Origin: Blasia pusilla
Lineage: Eukaryota
Direction: 5' to 3'
DNA: 64,000 nucleotides
Assembly (NCBI GenBank): GCA_050084515.1
Contig: CM114271.1
Location: 3,844,001-3,908,000, forward strand
Below, piece by piece: positions 1-11,082 of this stretch. The notes beneath the pieces were generated by a model. The model was not told where the DNA came from. It searched no databases and worked only from the letters and a program-made list of their open reading frames with translations. The position numbers were made by a program, and so were the translations under genes. Numbering within the stretch: the first letter of the stretch is position 1; every line of letters begins with the position of its first letter.

Positions 1-175
1 GCCAGATACTTAGATACGCGTAAAAAAATCAGGAGTGTGATGTGTTGGGGGCAACGAGACAATCAAAACGACAAGACAAGCTTGGAGAGAACTAGACGCA
101 CATGTAGCCCCCGGGAGAGGACAACAAAGACCATTTGCCAAGACAAAGAAGTGATCGAGAGACAGCACCCGGACT

Positions 176-1379
176 TTGTTCCAAGTCTTCATTTGGAAGG
201 ATCACCTAATTGAGGGGACCAAGTGGTTGGTGAAGATCTTTAAGCACGTCTGCCCAACACACACACAAGGACCCGAGCCAAGGAATCGCCTTAACAACCA
301 AGTAAGTACTAACCTTACAAAGAATCTTGAGATAATCCAAGTGAATGTTAGAGGCATAAGACTCAAAGGGGCGATGATCGGTGCATGGGGACAAACGAAC
401 GAGTGGGATATCATGGGGATCTTGGAAACCCTAGCCACCATATTCTCAATAAAAGGATACGAGGTAGTACAAGCACCACGTTCAAGAAGACTAGGAGAAT
501 TAGGAGTAGCAATGTCCATGCAACGTGGATTGCAAGTAAGAACGATTGAGATTGATCTGTGTTTCATCCTTGTAATGTTGAGGTTGGGGCGGCAAGAAGG
601 CAACGCATGGGTCATTGGAACAGTATATTTACAAGGGTGTCGCGCACAAGACCAAGCAAGGTAGAAAGCAACGGAACGCCTACGTCAGGAAATGGAAAAA
701 GTGTTTGCTAACTTTTCGAGTTGACATGTCATAATAGTGGATGATTTCAATAAAAAGGCCGCCATGGCTCCATCCTTGAGTTTGAATCTCCATGAGCACC
801 TACGATTTATCCCGGCGGCGGGGGACCCAAGATCAAAATACAAATGGACACAAAAAATGGCTCAACACATTGCCAATGCTGGAACCATACTTGACGTTAG
901 ATATTGTCATAGCCTTAGCGATCCCCGTCCTTCTCCCCCCACCCCCTGAAGGTGCTCCATGAGGTTGAAATAAGTCCAAATCATGGACCAATATGGGTGG
1001 AAGTCAAAGAAACGACCCACCCCCAACCTCAAGCATAATGGGCATTCAGGGTAAATGGAGACCAACTCAAGAAGGTGGATCCACTCAAGTTCCTGGCGGA
1101 TAGACAATGGAGGCAGATCATGAGCATGGAATAGATCGAATATGAGGAACTAATGCAAATAATGAGGAATATTACTAAGAGTTGGTGCCTTACGGAGAAC
1201 CTAAAGGAAATAAAGAGGGAGAGACAAGAGAAGCACCAAAGAAACCTCATACAGAAAGTGGAGCGCCTCAGGGAAAGCTCGAGATTTACAAGCGAGAGTG
1301 GGTGCACAGAGAATGACAGAGGAGAGGATCGCTGAAATTATGAGGGATCTGAAACGCACAATCCACGCCAAGAACAAGG
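176..1379 (+). mobile_element. Decayed LINE (non-LTR retrotransposon), 5' part with AP-endonuclease domain, interrupted by Gypsy element 1
   Basis: APE-like motifs IIQVNVRGI...WDIMGILET and VIIVDDFN (GDFN-like) in broken frames. The frame IHAKNK before 1380 continues as GRIQKRIQQR after 11082 once the insertion is removed. Confidence 0.75.
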
Positions 1380-2149
1380 TGTCGTGCGCATACACATCGC
1401 TACACAACATACATCGTTGTCATCAAACATACACATAAACACACACGATCCCATGCTAACTCATGTCATCCATACACATAGGCGAGAAGTACCAAAATAT
1501 CTCCAATAAAGTAAGATCCAATCTCTCTCTACATCATCTCACACTATAGCTCTCAAAGGTGTGCACTCTCTCTCATGTCAAACCAAACGCACTCTCCTAA
1601 TGAGAGGCTTGGGTTACACTCACAAGGCAAGGGACCATAGCTCCGCCGTCTCATGTCAAGAGGTTCAACAAAGAGAGAATGAGCTCTCAAGCTTTCTCTC
1701 CTTGAGGTATACCCCTCCCCTCTCCCAAGCTCTCTCCATGGTAACCTATGCTTCCAAGTCACCTCCTTGGCTCTTGACCTGATGTAGGAGGTCAAGGGCC
1801 ACTTACCAAAAATAGAAAGTCAACAATCCCCAATATGGAAACTTACCCGAAATAGTAAGTTTATCTATATGGCTCCAAATGAGCCGAAACGAAGGGGAAA
1901 CCTGCTCTCTTAGGTTTCTCAGGGCCTCAACAGGTCATTCTCAACCTCCTAGGCGTGTCCTCCACTACTCGTGAAGACGCTCTGCTAGATCCCACCGATT
2001 TATCCTAATAGTCGTGATAGTTGTCGTGCGCATACACATCGCTACACAACATACATCGTTGTCATCGAACACACACACAAACACACACGATCCCATGCTA
2101 ACTCATGGCATCCATACACAGAGGCGAGAAGTACCGAAATATCTCCAAT
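1380..2149 (-). repeat. 3' terminal block of element 1: Y2 (1380-1507), X2 (1508-2019), 2-bp spacer, Y1 (2022-2149)
   Basis: 1380-1507 and 2022-2149 are near-identical 128-bp direct repeats. 1508-2019 matches 10571-11082 (both 512 bp). Confidence 0.92.
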
Positions 2150-2335
2150 CGCCCCCCTAGCTGGTGGTTAGGTCCCTCTAACTCCAGATAGCCATCTATC
2201 CCTACCTACCACGACATACATCTCTAGGACGCTAAGAGCATAAAGGCCGGGTGCTCATGTGGCCCCATCGTTAGTCGCCTTCCTGTCATCCATGTCACAG
2301 AAAAAGTTGGAATCAAAACTTACCTAGTATCTCCT

Positions 2336-3724
2336 CTATGTACATCTGGGACACATCCATCGTCCCCGAGGAACCCTAGTGAGAGGTGGCGTCAGACATG
2401 CCATATGCCAACCTCTCAAACATCCATCACAGACTAGCATCGTGGCCGCACCATGGGTAGAACCACACAACATACAACGCAAGCCTGCAGGAACTACTGC
2501 TAAGCTTGGATCTACTATACCATCAATGTTAGGAAGGTGATATGGCGCACAATTACGCATATGGTCCTTCCATACCATACCATCGCGTTCCTCCAGCAAG
2601 AGAACATCGGATGGCAAAACATCACGCACTCTCAGGATAGTGCGCCATGCAATCACATCCAACGTCGTCGATGCCATCTGTTGGAAGTAGACATAATCTC
2701 CCTGATGAAACCTCCGGATAGTTGGTCGATAACCACCATCCCAAATAGTCGCATACCTCAACGCATCTCGATGCTGCGCAATCGCCAAGTTCTCGAACGC
2801 CATGGGCATCACTCTCCAAAACAACTCAGCCCTCTGAGAACATGCTTGCACCCATACATCTGGGTCATCAAGGTCTAGCACCTCACCAGCATCTCGACGA
2901 ATGGCCGCAGGTAAATCTGGCTCTCGGCCATAAAGTAGCAAGTATGGTGAAAAAGACGCTAAGGATGCATGCCTGCTGAATCTGTATCCCATCGCCAACC
3001 ATGGCAACTAGAGGTCCCAATCTCCTAGGTGATCTCTCTGCAAGCCATACTTGCATAAACCCCTCTTCACCGTCTGCACAACTCTCTTCGCTAATCCATC
3101 CGCCTCGGGATGATCTCGCGAAGTCGTGCGGTGGTTGATCAGCGCCTGATCACACAAGGCTTGGAACTCACCGCAAAACTCGGTACCCTAGTCTGTCAAC
3201 ACCTCAGCCGGTGTGCCATAATGACTTAGAACTCTGTCAAGGAAGGCATAAGCTACTCCCTCACTCGCTTTGTCAGGCAATGCAACCAACTCAATCCACT
3301 TCGAGAAGTGCTCGATCATCACCAACACATAACGACTGTGACGCTCCGTCAAAGGCAAAGGTCCTGCAAAATCCAAACTCCATCTATACCCTAAGCCCAT
3401 GATCGATAATGGATGCAATTATGGAGTCAGAGCATTGAATGATGCTCGGACCCGATCACACACCATGCACCTGGCAACAAACTACTGAACGTCAGTCTGC
3501 ATGCCTCGCCACCAATACTGAATCTGGAGCAAGCTGTAGGTCCGCTTCACCCCAAAGTGACCCAACTCCTCGTGGGCATGCTGCACTAGTCGTGCTCTCT
3601 GCAAAGGATGCAGCACTATGAGTACTTTGCCATCCTCCCAAACCCTCAAAACATGTGTCCCCTCCCAACGAAACCGTCTGGCCCGCTGTAGGAACCGATC
3701 CTCTAGCATCCACGGTGCTCGCAA
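2336..3724 (-). pseudogene. Retroviral-type DDE integrase with C-terminal PHD finger (PHD about 2339-2476)
   Basis: HAHEELGHFG...(C..C) zinc motif, WSLDFAGPLP, EVLTD*G.EF, PYLLLYGREP. The protein ends in CMLCGSTHGAATMLVCDGCLRGWHMACLTPPLTRVPRGRWMCPRC, a C4HC3 PHD. In-frame stops are present. Confidence 0.92.
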
Positions 3725-3899
3725 TGCAGCCAGTACGAAGGTACTCCAAGACTACTCCATCATCATGAATATCTCGGCCAACTCTCGTCTCCTCACTGGC
3801 CCCGGGATCCAAGGACTCTCCACTAGACCTCGCCATCAAAGTCTCCACACTCTGGCTCTCCATAGCCAACATGCCTAAATAGGCTCACGTGTGCCATCC

Positions 3900-5140
3900 T
3901 GGTACCGACTCCTCATCACCCTCTCCATGCCATCGAGCTCCAGTCGCATCTCATGACTCGGGCATGGGTTACGACTTAACCCATCTGCATCTTGGTTGAG
4001 CGTCCCACATATATGTACCACCTGAAAATCATACTCCTGCAACAATAGAGCCCATCTCGCAAGCTTCCCTGTAAGCTTGTCGGACTCCATCAACCACTTC
4101 AGTGGTTGATGATCAGTGATGATGGTAAAGGGGTTGCCGAATAAGTAACACTTGAAATGCGCGACAACCCACACCGGAGCGAAGCACTCACTCTCATAGG
4201 AGCTGTACTTTGCCTCTGTAGCGTTGTTTGAGCGGCTAGCGTAAGCCACCACAAATTCTCTACCCTCATCATCATGCTGGGTGAGCACCGCTCCAAGCCC
4301 CAACATGCTCCAATCTGTGTGCAACTGGAAAGGACGCCCCCTGATCGGTCTCCTCAAGATGGGCGCGGACGTCAACTTGTCCTTGAGCAACTGAAAGGCT
4401 CGCTCTTGCTCATCCCCCCAGTGCCACTCGTGATCCACCTTGGTCAGCAAGGTCAGCGGCTTCGCAATCGAACTAAATCCCGTGACGTATCGCCGATAGA
4501 AATTTGCAAACCCATGAATGCGCGAACACGACTCACATCTGTAGGGCGTGGAATGCGTGAGATAGCCTCTACCTTCATCTGCTGAACACCAAAGCCCCCT
4601 GGGTATATCATATGACCTAAGTACTCAATCTGGTCGTAGAAGAACTTGCACTTGCCTGGATGTAGCTTCAGCCTAGGTAATTGCAATCGTCGAAACACCT
4701 CCTCTAGATGTCGCTCATGCTCCTCAACCGTGGCACTAAAGACTACGATGTCATCAATATAACACCTAGCAAAATCCAGACCAGCCAAGATCCTATCCAT
4801 GACCCTCTGAAACTCAGGCGGGGCATTCGTTAACCCAAGTGGTAAGAACCGCCACTAGTACAAACAATCCTTCCCGTGAGGATCGATGCCCCAAAATGCC
4901 GTCTTCTTCCTGTCCTCCAATCTGATAGGCAGTTGATGGTATCCGGCTCGCAAATCCAATGAACAGAAGATCTTTGCGTGACCAATCGCATCAAAGATCT
5001 CCTCAGGGGTGGGCATGGCATACCTATCGGACTATCTGCCGATTGATAGGTCGGTAATCCCCACACATCTGCCTATCCGTCTAGTTGCCATGCACATCCT
5101 TCTTGGCGGGCATGACAGTGGCAGATGCATACTCCCCATA
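3900..5140 (-). pseudogene. Reverse transcriptase and RNase H (Ty3/Gypsy type), frameshifted
   Basis: RMCGDYR, CYIDDIVVFS, KLHPGKC, IEYLGH, LHTDWSMLGLGAVL, VVAYASR and TDHQPLKWL in ORFs 4453-4800 and 3875-4450 and flanking frames. Confidence 0.93.
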
Positions 5141-5719
5141 AGACATCTCCCCTAGTCTTGCTCCGACCAAGTCATGGCTCCTACTCTGAATCAGAGACCT
5201 CTCCATATCACTGTACCTATAGGGTCGTCGGAAGATCGGCATATCACTCGACAAACTCAATGCGGATCCCCAGTCGCTTCAGCGTACCCAAATCCTCCAT
5301 GCTAAACGCAAAGCAGCTCCTATAACTCCTGAGGAACTGATGTATTCGGTGCCGCTCTCCTCCTGTCAACTTAGGGCCCATATCTGGCTCCCAAGTCTCC
5401 ATCGTGACTACGGTAAGACTCTCCGGCGCGGATATCGGTGGTTGCTATGGTGCAACCCCGTCTCGAACAACAACACTCGATCGCTCTCCTGTAGCCAACT
5501 GCAAACTCCAATCTCCTCCACGTGCAGTGCCTGAAACCACGCTCGATGCTGTGGCTATCATCTCCTTGCGTACCTGCAAAACATCCCAAGAAGTTCAAGG
5601 GTGTTTCTCCCGATCTCCCTTGATGCATAGATCTCCTCGGGTCTTGCCCTGAGCCACTGCCTCCACTGTCTCGGTAGGCATGGGGCTCACCAACGCAACC
5701 ACTGTGATCTATCGCGATC

Positions 5720-6697
5720 TCATACGACACTGCTCAGCCACTCCCAAGCTGAGGATCCATGTCAAGCAGTTCAGGTCCATCGCCTGACCCAAGGCATGAC
5801 GTCGTGATGCCTCTAACACTGAGGGTACTGCCGTCACTCCTGTGGGAAATCCCATCGCTTGCTTTCTCTCGTCGGCGTTGGGCTCCACCAACCGCTGAAC
5901 CTGGTCATCCCAAACCAAGCCACGACCAGCCTCCTTGTATGCATAGAAAGTGGGAAAACTCACAAACGTGGGCAAGGCTGCCCGCGACCTACCTACTCTG
6001 TTGACCACAGTCAACGGTGGTCGATCATCGTGCCTCACTGCATGTGATCGACGACCTGGATCCAGAATGGAATCCACTAACAAATGGGAGGGGCGCTCCA
6101 CTCTCGCATACGCCCTCCATAACACCGCATGGGGCACCAAGTTGGTCCACCATAGACGCGGGCGATGGGCTCTAGAACCTACACTTGCCGCATCCAAGAA
6201 CACTGCTGGGCCGATCCAGGCTCGCTCTTGATGAGCACTCGTCACCACCCGTGACTTGGAGTCTCCTAAGATCGGCACATTCTCCAGAATGTAGGCTGGA
6301 GAACGAGACTGGTGCTCCTGCAACTGCCGTAAGACCCTCAACATCTCCCAATACAACTTGGATCGAGTGTCAGCCAACCCATTGCCTTGTCCAGCACTCG
6401 ATTGGCCCTAACATGGCCAACCGGAAATGACCAAATCAATGGTCCCTACCCGCTCTAAGTCCTGCGCCCCCAACAATGAAATATCCCTCGGTAGGGAACT
6501 CTGGTACCCTTGTACTGTGGACGCACATAATATGTCGGGAAAATGTAGGCATAACTCCACCACATGTCATAGTGAGACGCGCCTCGCAACATCATCACTC
6601 TCCACATACAGGTACTGCTGTACTCGCACTCCTGCCTCAAAACAATAGCTAACCCGGTGCTAATCCCTCCAAAGAGATCTAACACTCGAATACCCTC
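5720..6697 (-). pseudogene. C5 cytosine DNA methyltransferase domain embedded in the pol polyprotein of element 1
   Basis: Motif I IRVLDLFGGISTG, motif II YLYVE.D, motif IV DLVISGWPC*GQSSAG, GLADTRSKLY, motif VI YILENVP, motif VIII RAHRPRLWWTN, motif IX/X MGFP...RRHALGQAMD. One frameshift and two stops. Confidence 0.9.
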
Positions 6698-7099
6698 CTC
6701 CGGGGTACACCACACAATGGATGTGGTATCCAAGGGTGTTATCATAGCACTCCCTGCTACCTCGGGTTCCTCAGACCTGTCACGCTCCGGTGCAAACGCC
6801 TCGCTCCACGCGGTCTGCACGTGCTCATCTGCCAATGGTCGAAGCTCCTCAGTCGAGCCCCACAACGGCATCTCTCCTCCACGGAATGATGTAGCTACCA
6901 TAACACTCCTTTCCATAGAAATGTCAGGAATGGGAGTATCCTCTGCATGGACATGTCCCTCAATCAAATCACTAGGCCAAGTCATGGCACTGTTAAATGG
7001 TGCTAAGGTCGCCATCTCTCCTGGCCGTTGCTCGATCACTGCACCTGTGAATCGAACGGATAATGAGCTAAGGGCCCATCACCTGACTGCCATCCTGGT

Positions 7100-9229
7100 T
7101 TGTAGGATGCTGACTCCTCCCAATAATCTAGGGAAAACCCCATCGGATATAACACTGCTCCACCAACCAAGACGTCGTAGGACTCTGCATCAGTCACTAT
7201 CGCCTTGGCACGCACCACGGACTCATCTGTAGGATGTCCCGGGCGAATCCTCACTACGACCTCATGTCAGGTGATATACTGTGTGGTACTCGCTCCACCC
7301 AAGGATGTCTATATCCGAAATGGACAACGCTCCATATCGGCTCTCGTCAAGCCCAATCCTCTGAATGACGCTTTCTCCAACATCAGGGGTTGCGCTCCTG
7401 AATCCAACAAGACGCGCTGCGGACTAAAAGCTCTACCTACAAGACTCACCAACTGGAAGACCTCTCCTTGGTTATCCACCAACACAACACCAGGAGAAGC
7501 CATGACACGCTCTATCGCGGGTCTAGCGGGCATCTGCGCCATCCTAGCAGCCGCAGCCTGCCATGAATCTGACGTGAACGGTCTGAGCATCCGCTCCAAG
7601 GGCAGGTCCATCACCTCCTCTGCAATCACCTCTGAACATGATGCAGGAACTCCAACTCCGCGCCCACATAGCGAAGCGGCCAGCCGAAAAGCCTTGGTGG
7701 GCGTATCCCCCAACGTCATAACATCGGAAGCAGAAAATAAAGGAGTGCGGTAAACAACGGTGGCCGCTCCCAACAACGTGCTCGACACATGCCCCTCCTG
7801 AGCATCAACAATAGGAGTCGTCGCACTCGCTTCTTCCATCGCCCTCCGTGCCTGCACACCAACAACATCACCAACTCTCAAGGAACTTTGATGAGGACCC
7901 ATCGATGGGGTCCTCATCGCTTCGGACAACATGAAAGAGTGAGGAAGCCTAGTATGTTTTCTGGCTTCCCCTCGCTATGGATCCAACTCTACGGCTCCTC
8001 CACGTGTCACAATTGCGGCGGCCTCCATCTAGGCAACCCCGCACATCCAACCAAGATCCTCTAGATCTTTGGCTGCTCCATATGATGTCGATGCCACGGA
8101 TCCGGCATCGGAAAACCTCAATGCCATAGCGGCAATATGCTTATGTAGCTGCTATATCTGAGCAGCCATCCCAGCCTCACGTCCGGCGTCTCCCTCGGCG
8201 CGTCTAGGTGGTGGTACTCTACCTCCTCCACGGGCAGCTCCACCACCCTGTCGGGCAACTCCAGCTCCTTGTCCCCCAACGGGACCACCTGGTGCATGAT
8301 CTCTAGAACCGGACCGGCTACTCACTCTGGTGCCCTCTCTGGCCCTCGGTCCGGACGTAACTCAAGATGTAAACTCAAACATCTGGCGCGTGTATGACCA
8401 TACCTCTGACAATAGTCACACTGATAACCTCCTGGTGCAACACCATCTCCTCCTCCATACTGAGGCACACGTCCATGACCCTGATGAGTGCAATCGCGTT
8501 GATGATGGGCTCCACCATATGACCAACAAGTAATAGTAAGCGGCTGTTGCTAAGCCGCATATGAAGGTGCAGGTCTCTGTGGCACGGCCTCCCGGTATCC
8601 TCCCTGAGCTCGTGGTGCCACAGTCAACCTATCACGGAATCCACGTTGCTGCACAGGTGGTGCAAACAATCGCAATTGCTCTCGCCCACAACCCATGGTG
8701 GTTACGCTCTCCTTCGCCATGTTGCGCTCAATGTTCTCGGCGGTCCTAAAAACATCTTTCAACGTAGCGGAGGTGTTCATAAGAAGCACCCCCTCCCGCA
8801 CCCGTGTCCGCAGGGTCCGGTCCAGCATCGCGTACCATGACTGGATAGCCTGAGCCTGAGTCACCCCCTGAGTGACCTTGATCAACCTTGATCCTTTTAG
8901 TGCTGGGAGTCGCTCCAACTCCTAAACTCTGCTATGAAATTCTGCAACTTAATCGTGCCTACTGCACCTAAAAACCTACGTGGTCCTCCACCCCGATCGT
9001 CCATCTCGTACGCCCAACTGGTAGGACCACTCACAATGTGTGGCGATGTGCTCAAAAACTCCTCTACACCCTCCCCCTCGTCTGACGATGACACAGAAGG
9101 AGGTCGAGGTGGTCCCTCAGGTGGAGACCCTCGAAACCTCACGCCACTTTGCATAAAACCTCTAGAGCTACTCTTGGGTTCACCACCTCGCCTCTCAAAG
9201 TCCCGAATGGATGCGGTGATGACCCTCAT
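7100..9229 (-). pseudogene. Gag (two CCHC zinc knuckles, about 8380-8535) and aspartic protease of element 1
   Basis: ITCWSYGGAHHQRDC and YQCDYCQRYGHTRQMF knuckles (CWSC and HTRAKC in element 3) and protease RVLLDSGAQ...DVLVG. About 420 bp of gag present in element 3 (about 53180-53600) is missing near 8890. Confidence 0.85.
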
Positions 9230-9834
9230 GCCCCTCTCACTTGATCACTCTCAACCTCGAGAGTAATCCCTCAATCACTCATCCCAAACATGCGGCACTC
9301 GATCTACACTCTCCCTCCTCGAGTCTTGTAACGTGCGGCAACAAGCGGCGTGGTCTCATCGACAACCTACCCTCAACTCCGGACATCCCACACAGGTCTA
9401 TGTCCCCTAAACCACATACATAAATGATGGTCTCAGCATTCACACAACCCAATATCACCAAATCAACAACCCAAATCCCAGAATCCCTCACGCGTGCATG
9501 GTAAAGGACCAGACTGGGTAACCTCAATAAATGTTGAATCGCTCCGCAGCAACTGCAAACCTCGACCCCAACTCGGTCGTGAATCCAAACTCCTCAAACC
9601 AGCAAAACACAATCTGCCCCACAATGACGGTGCAGCTTCGTGATAGAGACGGTGCGGTGCGGCCACGAGTGGCACGGCGCGGCAATCGGCGGCACGTTGC
9701 AGCTACGGGCGTCACGTCACGGTCCTCGTCTTCGTGGAGCGGCTACCAACTCAAAACATAATAATGCGGCTAGAAAACTCTGACCCCATAAATCACTTGG
9801 TCACACGTCGTCCAGAATAGTACTCCAGTCGGTC

Positions 9835-9990
9835 GACGACAGCTTGACGGGTAATGGGCCAGCTGACGGGTTGAAGGGCCTAGCGAAGGGTTGACGTCCT
9901 GGGGACGGGTTAACGACCTGGATGACAGGTTGAAATCCTTGCGATGGGTTGACTTCGTGGATGACGGGTTAATAGCCTGGCCGATGGCTA
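9835..9990. repeat. Degenerate short tandem repeats (GACGGGTTGA-like) in the 5' UTR of element 1
   Basis: About 7 copies of gacgggtt/gacaggtt/gatgggtt. An analogous cgtcaccatcaa array sits at 52410-52505 in element 3. Confidence 0.6.
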
Positions 9991-10570
9991 TGGCGACGGC
10001 GCTGCCAACGGCAGCTGCTGCTTTAGGATTTTGATTTTTACTCTAAAATTGGCAGTTTACAAAATTGGCCATAAAGTTTTGCTCGCAGCTCTAAATTGTG
10101 CACCATCTGTTGCACAACGTGCACAGCTTTAAGATCTAGAATGGCGTTAAAAATTTTTTGAATCGGAAAATCCTATAAAAACTGATGGGGACTGTCGTAA
10201 ACCCCAACGTCTCTTTCTTCTACCCAACATTCGGCAGTGCTTCCGAGTTGATTTCTCCCAACAAAAATGTAAAACTTGTGAAAAGAAAAATTAGAAAGCT
10301 ACATGGTGCTCCCAAGAGCACCATGTAGCTTTCTAATTCATTTGAGTGTGTGGGTAATCCGCCCACACACTCAAATTCTACCAACATTTGGGGAACGCTT
10401 CCGCGCGTCACTCTCCCGTACGAAAAAATGGTAAAGGAAAACAGCAAACTGAATGACTCTTGCTCTCGTGAGCACTCCCATGAGTCATGAAGCAGGGAAC
10501 ATGGTCCCTAACCTGCAAACACAGCGAAACTCTAGCAAGCTCCGCATTGTAGCTCTCATTCTCTCTTTGT

Positions 10571-11082
10571 AAAGTAAGATCGAATCTCTCTCTACACCAT
10601 CTCACACCATAGCTCTCAAAGGTGTGCACTCTCTCTCATGTCAAACCAAACGCACTGTCCTAATGAGAGGCTTGGGTTACACTCACAAGGCAAGGGACCA
10701 TAGCTCCGCCGCCTCATGCCAAGAGGTTCAACAAAGAGAGAATGAGCTCTCAAGCTTTCTCTCCTTGAGGTATACCCCTCCCCTCTCCCAAGCTCTCTCC
10801 ATGGTAACCTATGCTTCCAAGTCACCTCCTTGGCTCTTGACATGATGTAGGAGGTCAAGGGCCACTTACCAAAAATAGAAAGTCAACAATCCCCTATATG
10901 GAAACTTACCCGAAATAGTAAGTTTATCTATATGGCTCCAAATGAGCCGAAACGAAGGGGAAACCTGCTCTCTCAGGTTTCCCAGGGCCTCAATAGGTCA
11001 TTCTAGACCTCTTGGGCATGTCCTACACTACTTGTGAAGACGCTTTGCTAGATCCCACCGATCTATCCTAACAGTCGTGACA
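10571..11082 (-). repeat. 5' terminal repeat X1 of element 1 (not followed by Y)
   Basis: Matches 1508-2019, 55200-55711 and (inverted) 51326-51841. Confidence 0.92.

Larger units (their letters stand above)
1380..11082 (-). mobile_element. Element 1: near full-length Ty3/Gypsy-type retrotransposon with DNA methyltransferase and PHD domains and split direct repeat ends (decayed)
   Basis: Termini TGTCGTG (1380) and CGTGACA (11082) with 4-bp TSD AAGG on both sides. Gag, PR, C5-MTase, RT (YIDD), RNaseH, integrase and PHD motifs lie in Gypsy order on the minus strand. Confidence 0.93.

Noticed and set aside
1553-1795. Recurrent short ORFs in repeat X (also near 10616, 51393 and 55245)
   Set aside because: They recur only because X is repeated. 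Start and stop positions vary and no protein motif is recognisable.
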